Shown here one piece after another: positions 45,046 to 55,879 of a DNA stretch of 64,000 nt (position 1 is its first letter; each line of letters opens with the position of its first letter). The stretch is taken from positions 1 through 64,000 of IMG/VR virus record IMGVR_UViG_3300027969_002350; one strand, written 5' to 3'. Under the pieces are notes generated by a model. That model saw only the letters and a program-made list of their open reading frames with translations. It was not told the DNA's origin and made no database searches. The position numbers and the translations under genes are program-made. Source of the stretch: a virus.

Positions 45046-46244
45046 AGGTCCAAATTATTCATTAGTTTAATTAATTTATCTGTTTTCTTAACAGCTTGTT
45101 TGCGCTCTAAAAATTCCTGTGCCAGTTGTTTATAGTTATCATTGTATGCTGTACCAATTCTAAATATCATATTATCAAGAAACGTGATAAAGTTTTCGGG
45201 GTCTACATGATTAGAATTGGCAATATTATCCAACACAACTTTTTTAGCCTGTTCCATGTATTTAAGATAATATATCGGAAGATTTGCAATATCCAATTCA
45301 GTGGGTACACTTATAAAATTTCCGTACCACGTAAATTTTTTATTTGGTGCGTGAGTTTTGAATTGTTCATATATCCAAGAAATATATTGTGAAAAACTTT
45401 TTAAGTTAAAAATATTAACAGTAGGACTTAGTACTATTAATTCTGTCTTAGGATGTGTTATGTATCTAACAAAGTTTTCTTGAAAACAAGTCCAATCTAA
45501 ACCGTGTCTTATAAGTTCAGCATCCTCTCCAAAACTTTCATTGCTAATGCCAATTCCCCATGACAAATTACTTGTGTCCATTTTAGCAACAATTTTATCC
45601 ATCAAGAATCGTTTACTATTGGCATTAGTACATATTTCTAATCTAATATTTTTACTGCTATTCTTTGAGCACTCATCAATAAAATCTACTAACTCATAAA
45701 AACGATTACTGGCAGTAGGCTCTCCACCTAAAAATATAAAAATTATCTTATTAGCATACAGTTCTTTATCGATATGATTTTTAATCCACTGCTTAAAAAC
45801 TGTATAATCATCCTCATTAGTATTATCTACTATTTCAATGCCTTCTTCTTGCGCTATCTTACTGCTACTACCAGACCAACAATATATGCAAGACATATCA
45901 CATATTCTATCAGGTCTAATTTCTATATAACTAATATAGCTATCACCCTCTAAGCTATTTCTTTTATCTTCAATAAAGTTATTATCCCATTTATTGGCCC
46001 ATTCTTTAAAGGCGCTATTACCTTTATTATAATCATTCCAACAGTTATTACAATCAATATGTTTAACATTTTTTAAACTTGCAATTCTTCTATCTGTTAT
46101 GTACTCATTTTTACTAATAAAATCTTCAGTTAGTTTGTCGGGAAACTGATGTGAAGCAGCCTTGCAACAATGGCTTACTGATCTTAATTCAAAATTAATA
46201 TTAATATCTGTCCAACTTTTAGAACAGTAAGTTTCGTTGCTCAT
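45042..46244 (-). CDS. Radical SAM protein with N-terminal twitch/SPASM-like region
   Basis: YCSKSW...HCC, CNNC, CDMSCIYC, LGGEP. Confidence 0.88.
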   Translation of the reverse strand: MSNETYCSKSWTDININFELRSVSHCCKAASHQFPDKLTEDFISKNEYITDRRIASLKNVKHIDCNNCWNDYNKGNSAFKEWANKWDNNFIEDKRNSLEGDSYISYIEIRPDRICDMSCIYCWSGSSSKIAQEEGIEIVDNTNEDDYTVFKQWIKNHIDKELYANKIIFIFLGGEPTASNRFYELVDFIDECSKNSSKNIRLEICTNANSKRFLMDKIVAKMDTSNLSWGIGISNESFGEDAELIRHGLDWTCFQENFVRYITHPKTELIVLSPTVNIFNLKSFSQYISWIYEQFKTHAPNKKFTWYGNFISVPTELDIANLPIYYLKYMEQAKKVVLDNIANSNHVDPENFITFLDNMIFRIGTAYNDNYKQLAQEFLERKQAVKKTDKLIKLMNNLDL

Positions 46245-46984
46245 ATACTAACTATCATAGTTTCTTGCTTTTGATTGATAGTAAAACTTTCTTCGCGTCC
46301 GCCACGTTTAAAATGCGTTTCCCCGTCTAAATATTCTTCTTTTACTGATACATTTTTACCTGCATATATATCAACAATTTTTTTATCTTTTGGTCCAATA
46401 CATATAGCTACTACCGCTTCAACTGGTTGTTGAGAAAAATCATCTCCAAATTCTTTTGCAAGTAACCGAACAAATTGTTTATTGGATAATACATCTTCCA
46501 TACCGCAGGCAACAAATGCCGTGCCATAACCAAGATCCTCAGCAGTTAACTGTGCGTATGTGGCGCTAATCATTGCGTCACGTACAGCACCTTTGACCAT
46601 AACATATTTAGATACAGGACTTTTAACTTCGCTGTATACTCTGTCATATACTTCTGTTCCTTTACTTTCTACAAGATCAACCATTTGATGCTCTGGAGCA
46701 GGGTTTGTTATATAAAGTAATACCAACGGGGCTTTAGTTTGTAGCAGATATATTTCTTTACCAAGTTCGTCATTACACGATGTAATATTATCACATAGTT
46801 CTGACTTTAATCTTTTACCGGCTGCAGAGTCTGTCAACGCAAACACTTTGTATCCATATATTTTGTTTTTACTTGGTGCACGACGGGCACTATCCAAAAT
46901 AGTTTGAACATCGTCTTCGTTGATTTCGTCGGTCATTAACCTAGTAGTAAATCTAGATTTAATTAATTCATTCACTGTTGACAT
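46241..46984 (-). CDS. Nitroreductase-family flavoprotein
   Basis: LIKSRFTTR, ARRAPSKN, APLVL, AEDLGYGT; AAGGAG RBS. Confidence 0.8.
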   Translation of the reverse strand: MSTVNELIKSRFTTRLMTDEINEDDVQTILDSARRAPSKNKIYGYKVFALTDSAAGKRLKSELCDNITSCNDELGKEIYLLQTKAPLVLLYITNPAPEHQMVDLVESKGTEVYDRVYSEVKSPVSKYVMVKGAVRDAMISATYAQLTAEDLGYGTAFVACGMEDVLSNKQFVRLLAKEFGDDFSQQPVEAVVAICIGPKDKKIVDIYAGKNVSVKEEYLDGETHFKRGGREESFTINQKQETMIVSI

Positions 46985-47012
46985 TTTCTCTCCTTAAATT
47001 ATTATATACGCA

Positions 47013-47026
47013 GATAAATATTTATA
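47013..47026. promoter_or_regulatory. Overlapping divergent late promoters
   Basis: GATAAATA on + (47013-47020) overlaps TATAAATA on - (47019-47026) in the 62-bp divergent gap. Confidence 0.6.
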
Positions 47027-47046
47027 GATAATAACCGGAGAATAGC

Positions 47047-47787
47047 ATGGCAGACGATTTAGTAAACGAATATGGTGTAAGTAACGAGGACCCAAAATCA
47101 TTTGCTAATAGGAACAACCATCCTGCTAACATAAAATATCCACAGAATTTAACAAATGGTAGAGAAGTTAATATGTCTAGTGACATTCCATTTTTACCAA
47201 TAGACGATTGGAAGGATACTGCTGATTGGAATCAAATGTTGTTTGAAGCAAAACGCTTACAAAAGCATTATGTACAGCATAGAAGTCACGAGTTACATGC
47301 AGGCTGGAGTAGTTTATGTATACACGGTCTTAGTAGTGTTCATACAGAAAGCAGTCACACATATGGATTTACAGATGCAGATGCTCCTTGGCGCTGGACC
47401 GATGTAGCTGATTGGTGTCCCACGATTAGAGCATTCTTTAAGGATCAATTTGATTATAAAAAATACTTTAGAATACGCATTATGAAATTGGCTCCTGGCG
47501 GATGGATCGTACCGCATAAAGATAGCATGACTCAAGACGAAAATCATATAGGACCAGTTAATATTGCCATCAATCATCCTGCAGATTGTCACTTCTATAT
47601 GGATAACATTGGTTATTTGCCGTGGGAGGCAGGGCGAGCAATTAAACTGAACTTATATAATGTACACCAAGTGTATAATCATAGCAACGAGGATAGATAT
47701 CATATCATTGCACACGGCCATGCAGGAGATAGTTGGTCCAATCGATTATATCATAATTACAATAATTGGAAGAAAATATATGAATAA
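47047..47787 (+). CDS. Aspartyl/asparaginyl beta-hydroxylase-like 2OG-Fe(II) oxygenase
   Basis: WSSLCIHG, RIRIMKLAPGGWIVPHKD, HQVYN...RYH. Confidence 0.8.
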   Translation: MADDLVNEYGVSNEDPKSFANRNNHPANIKYPQNLTNGREVNMSSDIPFLPIDDWKDTADWNQMLFEAKRLQKHYVQHRSHELHAGWSSLCIHGLSSVHTESSHTYGFTDADAPWRWTDVADWCPTIRAFFKDQFDYKKYFRIRIMKLAPGGWIVPHKDSMTQDENHIGPVNIAINHPADCHFYMDNIGYLPWEAGRAIKLNLYNVHQVYNHSNEDRYHIIAHGHAGDSWSNRLYHNYNNWKKIYE

Positions 47788-49285
47788 TACACGCATTTCA
47801 AATGCGCTTATATACGACAAAAAAGACATAGGCTTAGATGAAGATATTAGACAAAGTTTAAAAATATTTCATAAACGAAATATATCTATAGATATTGTTA
47901 AATTGCCGTCACTGGGAAATATATCAGATAATGAAGACATTGCAATTCAAGAAACTGCCGATAATCCAAATAACTACGACTATGTAATTTTAACATGGGA
48001 AGGTACGATCCCAAATATATATTACTATCACGAGCCGTGTATTAAACATGTAATAGACTTAAACGAAAAGACCAACGGAGAATGGTTAGTCAGCGGACAA
48101 ATAATGGATCAATACGAAAACCGAAAAATGTTCGAAGATGCTGATGCAGATAAATGGAAAGGAAGTTTTTATCTATTTCCTATAACAGCTATTGTTAATT
48201 TAAAGAAGTGGAGAGAACTTGGACGGCCTGCTTGGGGACAATCTAGCTTAGTCGCCGTACAACATATAATTCCAAAAAGAAGCGACGATAATATACACGA
48301 TAACTATACTCCATTGATGCTTACTACAGGGACGGAGGTTACAGAAACGCCAGTCAAAAAAGGCTGGAATATTATCGACGTTTCAATAAAAAATAATTTA
48401 CCTATTTACAATCTGAGTACAGACATAAGACAAAATCAAACTTATTTGTATCCAGAGAATAATCCAACAATGTTTAATAATTTTTGGCGTAGCTTATATA
48501 CTATGCCAAAGTTAACTGATCAATACGTAAAAGTATTACAAACTGTATTACCAAGTAAAAATCCTATTCGTATCAATGGCAATAAATGGGGTTGTTTTAT
48601 TCGCAATACAGAAGAACATATTGTAGAACGATTTGTAGATATATTCGAAAAGCATATGTACGGTGTAGATACAATGATAGTCCCTTGCAGTGGATTTAAA
48701 GATCTAGTTATTGCATCTAAAAAACCAAAAGGTGTAAATATTAAACAAGTAATACATTTTGATATTCTTAAAGGATGCGTAGATATCAGACAACATATTG
48801 TGAAAGGATGGGATGGCACCAGAGATCATTTTACTATATTATTAACCAATATAAAAGAATACTATCAAAAAAAATATAATCATCCAAATTGCTTTCAAAT
48901 GGGATCAATGGATACATTTGATGATGCTTATTTGGATATTTTAAAGAATTTTGACAATGAAGAGCATTTAAAAGATAACTGGTTAGAATTCAAACAGTTA
49001 AATCATAAATTCATACACAGCGATATTCTTTCAGAACCTTGGCTAGTCACCAAACATGTTAAAAATAGTAATGTGTATTTGTGGTTAAGCGACATTGCTG
49101 GCTGGAGAGAAAATATCATTGGTTATGGATACAAGACATTGCGAAATCAATTATCATCTGTTGCTGAACATTTAAAGCGCAATAACTGTATTGGCATAGT
49201 TGACTATAAGGATCCTGCTACTGATTTGCAATTACTTCAAGAATTTGATGAATTTATAACATTTTTAAAACAAGATATTCAATGA
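47780..49285 (+). CDS. Hypothetical protein, possibly glycosyltransferase-like N-terminal domain
   Basis: ATG 47780 overlaps the previous stop; about 500 aa; no decisive motif. Confidence 0.6.
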   Translation: MNNTRISNALIYDKKDIGLDEDIRQSLKIFHKRNISIDIVKLPSLGNISDNEDIAIQETADNPNNYDYVILTWEGTIPNIYYYHEPCIKHVIDLNEKTNGEWLVSGQIMDQYENRKMFEDADADKWKGSFYLFPITAIVNLKKWRELGRPAWGQSSLVAVQHIIPKRSDDNIHDNYTPLMLTTGTEVTETPVKKGWNIIDVSIKNNLPIYNLSTDIRQNQTYLYPENNPTMFNNFWRSLYTMPKLTDQYVKVLQTVLPSKNPIRINGNKWGCFIRNTEEHIVERFVDIFEKHMYGVDTMIVPCSGFKDLVIASKKPKGVNIKQVIHFDILKGCVDIRQHIVKGWDGTRDHFTILLTNIKEYYQKKYNHPNCFQMGSMDTFDDAYLDILKNFDNEEHLKDNWLEFKQLNHKFIHSDILSEPWLVTKHVKNSNVYLWLSDIAGWRENIIGYGYKTLRNQLSSVAEHLKRNNCIGIVDYKDPATDLQLLQEFDEFITFLKQDIQ

Positions 49286-51345
49286 AACCCTTTTCAATTA
49301 TAAAAGAACACGAAGCTACTTACGGCAAAGGTATTTTAAATAATACGTTTACTAGATTTGTGGGGCCTGCTGACAGCATTTTTAATATGCTAGTACGTAG
49401 TATTGGGCAACGCAAAGAAAAAAGAGCAAACGAACAATTACATTTTGTTATATACGACAAGAATCCTGCACACCTAGAAATGTTCAAATATTTGTTAGCA
49501 TGGGATGGCAAGGTAGAAACTAACAAAGAATACGATTACTCTGACTTATTAAATTATATTGAACAAGGAAAAATAAAGTTTGGACTACAACTTGCTCCTT
49601 TTGTTTTACGTTATATGAAAAGTTCTCCATTAGATAAAACTATAAGATATGATTATGATAACTTTACCGAATCGTGGAACATCTTTAAAAAGCATAAGTT
49701 TACATTCTTACATATAGACTTGATTGAAGAGAATGAAAAGTTTATTGATTATATAGACAAACTTCCATTGCTCAGGAAAAAACTAAGTCAATTTGTTAAA
49801 ATTGATATTAATCCATCTGACTATGATGCAAAAAAATATCAAGATTCAATAGACAACATTCTTCATAATTTATGGATTAAGAATATTAAAAATTATCCCA
49901 GCGTTGTGCAAATTGCAACCAATAATTCAAATGAAGAAGATTATGCAGGTAAACTATATGCCAAACGCAATCCTAGTTTTTGTGTATTACCTTGGATGCA
50001 CATACAATACAAGCCTACTGGCCAAAGTAAACTATGTTGCAGATATGATACTGTTCACGAACACAAACAAAATGATGTAAATAGAACATTGGGTAATTTA
50101 TCCGAACTTGTTCCAGAACGTTTAGACTTAGTAATACAAAAAAGTACTATGGAAGAAAGTTTCTTCAGTAATTATTGGGATACTGCAAGAAAGTATACTG
50201 ATAATAATCAAGCTATTTCTGGTTGTCACAAATGCTATAAAGAAGAAAGCGGTGCGGGAGAAGTTGCTACATCAATGCGACTGGGTACTGCTATTTTGTA
50301 CAACGAAGGGTATTTACATAAAAGGCCTGCACACGAAAAGCCAGAAATAAAATTCTTAGAAGTGGGCTTTGGTAATTACTGCAACCTTGCTTGTTTATCT
50401 TGTAATAGTACACTTAGCACAACCTGGAACAATGACGAATTAGAATTAAATAAAATTGTTGGTTCAAGACTTAAACGAGACGTGTTTCCTAAATTGGATA
50501 ACTTAAAATTTATTCCCAATGAAGAAACACTTAACAGTTTACGCATTATTAAATTCACTGGTGGTGAGCCAATGATTAATCCTGAATTTATTAAATTTAT
50601 AGACTTAATTTGTGAAAATGGAAATCCTGCACAAATCAGTTTAGAAATATATACTAATTGTAGTTACATTCCAAGTCCAAAGTTATTAGAAAATTTAACT
50701 AAATTTGAAGCAGTACAATTAAATTTAAGTATAGACGCATATGGACAAGCCAATGACTATATTCGGTATGGTAGCGTATGGGAAGGTACTTCAAAGCAAA
50801 CAGTTAGCAATGCCATAGATCATTGGTTGGATTTTGGTAAACAATACGATAACATCAGTATCATAATGTCTTCTACACTAAGTGCTCTTAATATATTAGA
50901 AGTACCAAAATTAATGACATGGTGGATGGACAAGTATAAAGATTCTGGCAATAAAATTGTTGTTCATCGAAGTAAATTATTGGCCACAGAATACGACGGC
51001 TTCTTCAAATTACAGCCTGCTCATGATCCTAGTTATATTAATTTAAATATTTTACCAAAAGAATATTATGCCGATGTATCTAAATGGATAGAAAAATATC
51101 GTGAAGAGTTTGTTGTAAAATATGCAGACTTGGGGGGTATTCCAGAATGTATTGGTGCTAGTTTATTAAAGCTAGAACAACTTATCAACAAAGCAAAAGG
51201 CAATAAAGATTCTGCACAAGACTTTATTAACTACATCGAATCTATGGATAAGGTACGAAAGAATTCCGGGGATGCTATTATACCAGAGTTGATTAACAAA
51301 GTTAAAGAATACTTGCTAACTCAGGATATACCTCAGCAAAACTAG
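49282..51345 (+). CDS. Fusion of an unknown N-terminal domain (about 230 aa) to a twitch-type radical SAM
   Basis: FCVLPW...LCC, CHKC, CNLACLSC, TGGEP in the C-terminal two-thirds. Confidence 0.88.
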   Translation: MKPFSIIKEHEATYGKGILNNTFTRFVGPADSIFNMLVRSIGQRKEKRANEQLHFVIYDKNPAHLEMFKYLLAWDGKVETNKEYDYSDLLNYIEQGKIKFGLQLAPFVLRYMKSSPLDKTIRYDYDNFTESWNIFKKHKFTFLHIDLIEENEKFIDYIDKLPLLRKKLSQFVKIDINPSDYDAKKYQDSIDNILHNLWIKNIKNYPSVVQIATNNSNEEDYAGKLYAKRNPSFCVLPWMHIQYKPTGQSKLCCRYDTVHEHKQNDVNRTLGNLSELVPERLDLVIQKSTMEESFFSNYWDTARKYTDNNQAISGCHKCYKEESGAGEVATSMRLGTAILYNEGYLHKRPAHEKPEIKFLEVGFGNYCNLACLSCNSTLSTTWNNDELELNKIVGSRLKRDVFPKLDNLKFIPNEETLNSLRIIKFTGGEPMINPEFIKFIDLICENGNPAQISLEIYTNCSYIPSPKLLENLTKFEAVQLNLSIDAYGQANDYIRYGSVWEGTSKQTVSNAIDHWLDFGKQYDNISIIMSSTLSALNILEVPKLMTWWMDKYKDSGNKIVVHRSKLLATEYDGFFKLQPAHDPSYINLNILPKEYYADVSKWIEKYREEFVVKYADLGGIPECIGASLLKLEQLINKAKGNKDSAQDFINYIESMDKVRKNSGDAIIPELINKVKEYLLTQDIPQQN

Positions 51346-52558
51346 TATCGTTTTGTTTGTCCATAAAGTTAATATACTCGGCGGTTTCGCCGAGTGCTGA
51401 TGAATAGTCTTCGGCATTCATATAGTTAATTGCATGATCACCATAACGAACAATACGTTTCTTTTGTTGTTGTTTACGTTTTTCATTGCTCCATTGTGCG
51501 TGTGTCCACAATGCAGGATCATCTAATGTTAGTTTAAAATTATTCCAGTCTTCTGTGACCTTTGCTTTGATGGCAGCTGGCAATACTTTAGGATTAATAG
51601 GCTTAGGATATTGAACCATACTTGTATGAAACAATCCGCCTGCGGCATTGACAAATTTAACAATGTCAACTAATCTAGTAATATTATAAATGCTAACAGT
51701 AGTAGTCAAACTCATTTCTATGTTAGTAAGTGCATGTAATTTTTGTACATTATCTACAATCTTATATATGTCGCCGTTAGTTCTAAAATAACTAAATGTA
51801 GTATCATCTCCGTCAATACTTACACGAAGTATAATCTTTTTAAACTTGGGCCAGTGATCCAAGACATTATAGTACCCTAGACCTAATGCTACCAAGTTAC
51901 TGTTATAACTTAATGTTATGTTCTGTGCATGATCTGCCATGGCATCAATCATTTCCCAATGACGCTTTTGTTGTAATGGTTCTCCACCGGCAATCAATAC
52001 TTCACGCAAATAAGGAATAGCATTTTTAAACTCTTCAAAACTCCGCTCGGGTAAACTAATGTGTTTCTTTTCTAGTCTGCCTGCGCCGTGCTTGGTAAAG
52101 AATGTTTTAACTTCAGGATCTTTAAATGCTAGTACTTCCCATTGACTACTATAAGTAGGGCTACAATGTCTACAACGCAGATTACAAGTATTATCAAAGC
52201 GAATCTCTATACTTCTTGGCTGATAAGGCATTGAATAGTCTTCTGCAACATTAGACAGTATTTCATCAAAGTCCATATTGTAACTATCTTTGTATGTTTC
52301 ATTACATGTTTGTCGTGTACTAGCAACTCCGCTATCCTCAAAGTCCCAACAACTGCGACAGCCAGTAGGACGCTCTTCATTTAATACAGCTCTACGAAGT
52401 TCTTTTGTTTCTTTACTATTCCATATTTCACTTAATGTTTGACTGCGGTAATCTCCAATACGATCCGGATAACGCCAGCAAGCACCTACTTTACCTTCGT
52501 GCTTAATGTTCTGATGTATAAAAGGCATTATACAGAATGTTTTGCTGTCTTTGTTCAT
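51302..52558 (-). CDS. Radical SAM protein with N-terminal twitch/SPASM-like region
   Basis: FCIMPF...ACW, CRSC, CNLRCRHC, AGGEP. Confidence 0.9.
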   Translation of the reverse strand: MNKDSKTFCIMPFIHQNIKHEGKVGACWRYPDRIGDYRSQTLSEIWNSKETKELRRAVLNEERPTGCRSCWDFEDSGVASTRQTCNETYKDSYNMDFDEILSNVAEDYSMPYQPRSIEIRFDNTCNLRCRHCSPTYSSQWEVLAFKDPEVKTFFTKHGAGRLEKKHISLPERSFEEFKNAIPYLREVLIAGGEPLQQKRHWEMIDAMADHAQNITLSYNSNLVALGLGYYNVLDHWPKFKKIILRVSIDGDDTTFSYFRTNGDIYKIVDNVQKLHALTNIEMSLTTTVSIYNITRLVDIVKFVNAAGGLFHTSMVQYPKPINPKVLPAAIKAKVTEDWNNFKLTLDDPALWTHAQWSNEKRKQQQKKRIVRYGDHAINYMNAEDYSSALGETAEYINFMDKQNDTSFAEVYPELASIL

Positions 52559-53616
52559 TGCTTTAATATGTTTTCTTTATTCAGCTTATCGTTAACATAA
52601 AGAGTTGTGTTCTCTTGACTTCCGCATGTGTGTAAACATGTAATTAAATTGCCGTTTTCTATTGTGTCATTCCATTTTGAACTTATATTATACTGCATTT
52701 TTAGCACGTCGTCAACCGAATGTAAATTCAAATCAAAGTCTTTTAAATTGTAATTCTCATTAAGATTCCAACTGCCAGGACTATCGTGTGTATGTGTGCC
52801 CAAATAACAACAAGGCATTAATAGCCCGTTTGACGACAAATATATATCTTTACGTTCTAAGCTCTTACAAGTAATTTTATTTCCATTTAATTTAGAATAA
52901 TTTTTAATATCAAATTTGAACAGCGTGATTGGTATATGTTCTTCCTTGCCTACATTAGTATGTCTAAATTGTTCTTGATTGGGAGGCTCTAAGGTAAAAA
53001 CTTGTTTGCCTTCTATCATAACTTTAAAGTCTTTTTTGCCACGAAACTTTTGAGTTACTTTTAATCTAAACTTAATGCCCAGTTCTTCTGCTAATTGCTT
53101 TGCTTCATTAACTTGATGTTCATTATGTTTAAATGCTATGAAATTCCATTGTGCTTGGCCGCCAGCGGCAACATAGGCTTTTAAGTTGACATATACTTTA
53201 TCATATTTGACACCAATTCTATATTTCCCTAGTGCTTCGTTGTCAGTTCCATCTAAGGCAAAGTTAATCATTACATTAGGACGAGCAAGACTAGCCCACC
53301 ATTCTTCGCCACGATAGCCGCCATTAGTATCAACACTAACACTTTTACATCCGTTGTCTATTAAGTAGTTGACAAACTCCGGCAATGATTTATTTAAGCA
53401 AGGGTCACCGTATACTCCACTAAAGTATACATGGTCGAGTTGTCTGGTAAATTCTTTAGTAAACAACTTATAAAAAACTTCAGGAGTTAAGTCTCCTTCT
53501 TCCAAATCTGGTTGCACAAATCCATCACCAGTGTATCTACTACACATAGGACATTGGCTGTTACAACGACTGCTTGCTTCAACGTGTATTAATCTAATAT
53601 CTTCTTTAGCTATCAT
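52555..53616 (-). CDS. Radical SAM protein with C-terminal SPASM/twitch
   Basis: CNSQCPMC, GVYGDP, C-terminal ITC...MPCC...CLHTC; start MIAKED at 53616. Confidence 0.9.
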   Translation of the reverse strand: MIAKEDIRLIHVEASSRCNSQCPMCSRYTGDGFVQPDLEEGDLTPEVFYKLFTKEFTRQLDHVYFSGVYGDPCLNKSLPEFVNYLIDNGCKSVSVDTNGGYRGEEWWASLARPNVMINFALDGTDNEALGKYRIGVKYDKVYVNLKAYVAAGGQAQWNFIAFKHNEHQVNEAKQLAEELGIKFRLKVTQKFRGKKDFKVMIEGKQVFTLEPPNQEQFRHTNVGKEEHIPITLFKFDIKNYSKLNGNKITCKSLERKDIYLSSNGLLMPCCYLGTHTHDSPGSWNLNENYNLKDFDLNLHSVDDVLKMQYNISSKWNDTIENGNLITCLHTCGSQENTTLYVNDKLNKENILKQ

Positions 53617-54434
53617 TTTGCAATAGTGGTCATCATACTTAAACCACATTTCATAGTCACACCATTCCTTGGAAAGTTTGTTCCGCTGTGTGCTTGGCAT
53701 CTATCAAAAACAACTATGCCGCCACGCTTCCAGTTATACACCCCTTCTAATTCAAATCCATCTAACCATTCGCGCTTGAAATGACTAAAGTAGTTTTTAT
53801 AATCTTCATCGCTGATTGTGCGCTTATTCCAATCTACATCCCATACTGTGCCGTCTCGATGATAACAAGGCATTCCTCGATAATCACTGATAGTATAAAA
53901 TACATTTGTTTCATACTGTGGACTATTTTTAGCAAAGTTTGTTCCGTACATCATAAATCTATTCTTAAAGATAGCAGTCCCTGCCATAGGATTTTCTTCT
54001 TCTTTATTAGTATGACAAACCCATAGCGGGATAATAAACTGTTTGCCCGGAACGCTGTTACTGTCCTTTAATGTATTTGGATTTCCTGTGTCAATATGCA
54101 AATTATAAGGTGTTGCTGTGATTAAGAAGTTGCCTTCCCATATTGTTTCATTGGTCAATTCTGGAATTACTTCTTTTAGTTTGCCAAAGAATTTATCCTG
54201 TATACGTTTATTATCTACGTTAAAGTGCAACGTTCCGTTATGCTTAACTCTGCGTGTTCGATGTTCACGATGCATTAAATCTTCTAACCAAACTAATTCT
54301 TCTTCGTCAAATACATTATCTACAGCATAGCTACTATCACTCCAAGTACTCATCCATTTTGGATGTTCTATTGGATCTACAGGAATAAATTCTTTTACTA
54401 TATTATCTCCTGGTACGTATTCTAAATTAACCAT
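53613..54434 (-). CDS. 2OG-Fe(II) oxygenase-like protein
   Basis: LHIDTG (HxD) and distal FDRCQAHSG...K. Confidence 0.55.
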   Translation of the reverse strand: MVNLEYVPGDNIVKEFIPVDPIEHPKWMSTWSDSSYAVDNVFDEEELVWLEDLMHREHRTRRVKHNGTLHFNVDNKRIQDKFFGKLKEVIPELTNETIWEGNFLITATPYNLHIDTGNPNTLKDSNSVPGKQFIIPLWVCHTNKEEENPMAGTAIFKNRFMMYGTNFAKNSPQYETNVFYTISDYRGMPCYHRDGTVWDVDWNKRTISDEDYKNYFSHFKREWLDGFELEGVYNWKRGGIVVFDRCQAHSGTNFPRNGVTMKCGLSMMTTIAK

Positions 54435-55182
54435 GATAATGTTCCTTTATATATTTTAATATGTAATCTGCCAAAAACTCATTGCCGTCGTGATCCCAAT
54501 GTCGACAGCTAGCTGGAGATATACCAGATTCCACTAGAAAATTATTTGCATTAATGTCATAATTTAAATCATCTTTAAATTTTATCATTGGAATAGTATG
54601 GCCTAATTGTATTGGCTCTATTGTTTCAGGTTCGGCTAACATTTCAAAGAAATAATGTTCTATATTTAATGATTCTAATAATGTATGCATCATTACTACT
54701 TTTCGATTAATTTCCTCGACGTCATTGGTTCTATGATGAAATGTCGAATAATATATTTCAAAAAAATGTCGTTCTCTTTTATTAAATTGATCTGCATTTT
54801 TTTTACGATCTATTGTTGTAAATTCATCTTCGGCAATTAAATTATCAAGAGTGTTAATATTGATCATCCAGCTTCCTAGTGAAATATATTTTACATAATC
54901 ATCATAACAATATATCAATTCTTTACGTGACAATTCAGTTAATGAGATTATAACTACTAAATCCGCAGTATTATTATTTTTTAAATGTTCAAAAAGTACC
55001 CTTTCTGATCTATCATTGCTGCCGCCAGGAGCTCCTAAATTGATACTATCTCTAAAGTTACCCAATCTTTCTAATTTTTTAACCCAACTTCGTTCGTGAC
55101 ATGTTATTGGGTCATTATCTTCTCCAAGAGTTCCAAATACATGACTACAACCTACAGCAACCAATGTCTTTCCTTCAAACAT
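54427..55182 (-). CDS. SGNH-hydrolase-like protein
   Basis: AVGCSHVFG, NLGAPGGSN, C-terminal HWDHDGNEFLA. Confidence 0.6.
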   Translation of the reverse strand: MFEGKTLVAVGCSHVFGTLGEDNDPITCHERSWVKKLERLGNFRDSINLGAPGGSNDRSERVLFEHLKNNNTADLVVIISLTELSRKELIYCYDDYVKYISLGSWMININTLDNLIAEDEFTTIDRKKNADQFNKRERHFFEIYYSTFHHRTNDVEEINRKVVMMHTLLESLNIEHYFFEMLAEPETIEPIQLGHTIPMIKFKDDLNYDINANNFLVESGISPASCRHWDHDGNEFLADYILKYIKEHYHG

Positions 55183-55879
55183 TTTTCATTTCCTTTATGC
55201 GATTATAAAATAATTCTGCTAAGAATTGATGTGCATCATGATCGAAATGTCCAGTATAATCTGGAACATACCCTTGTTCCATAATATAACGGATTGCATT
55301 AGTTGCATCACCGTATTTGTTTTTAAAATTTAGTAATGGTAATTTAATTCCAAATGGATTATCGACAATGCTACCACCATGGCAATGTAATTCTATAAAA
55401 TAATGTTCTATATTAAATTTGTTTAAAAATGTATTTAAGAATAATAGTGTTCTATTAATCATAACTGTTTCGTATTGTGTACTATGAAATTTTCCATATA
55501 AAATTTCCATAAAGGTTATTTCTTTAGGATCACTTGTAAATTCTTTATTAACACTCCAGGGACCAAACGGTTTCATTGTATAGAAATGAGTGAATGTTTG
55601 ATCTGGTAATGGAATTTCAAATCTAGATAAATCGGTTAAGCCGAATGCAATAACTAAATTTGAAACTTCGTGTGTTTCTAAGTATTCCATCAATACACGT
55701 TCAGAGCGTTGATTGCTTGCTCCTTCTAATGATAGATTGATACTGTTTTTAAAATTTCCTATATTCTCTAATTTTTTGACCCAACTGCGTTCATGACAAC
55801 TTAATGGATTAATATCCTCACCTAGCGGAGCAAATGTATGACTACACCCAACTCCTAGTAGTGTCTTACCTTCAAACAT
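55175..55879 (-). CDS. SGNH-hydrolase-like protein, paralog of the adjacent gene
   Basis: GVGCSHTFA, NLSLEGASN, C-terminal GHFDHDAHQFLA. Confidence 0.6.
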   Translation of the reverse strand: MFEGKTLLGVGCSHTFAPLGEDINPLSCHERSWVKKLENIGNFKNSINLSLEGASNQRSERVLMEYLETHEVSNLVIAFGLTDLSRFEIPLPDQTFTHFYTMKPFGPWSVNKEFTSDPKEITFMEILYGKFHSTQYETVMINRTLLFLNTFLNKFNIEHYFIELHCHGGSIVDNPFGIKLPLLNFKNKYGDATNAIRYIMEQGYVPDYTGHFDHDAHQFLAELFYNRIKEMKNV

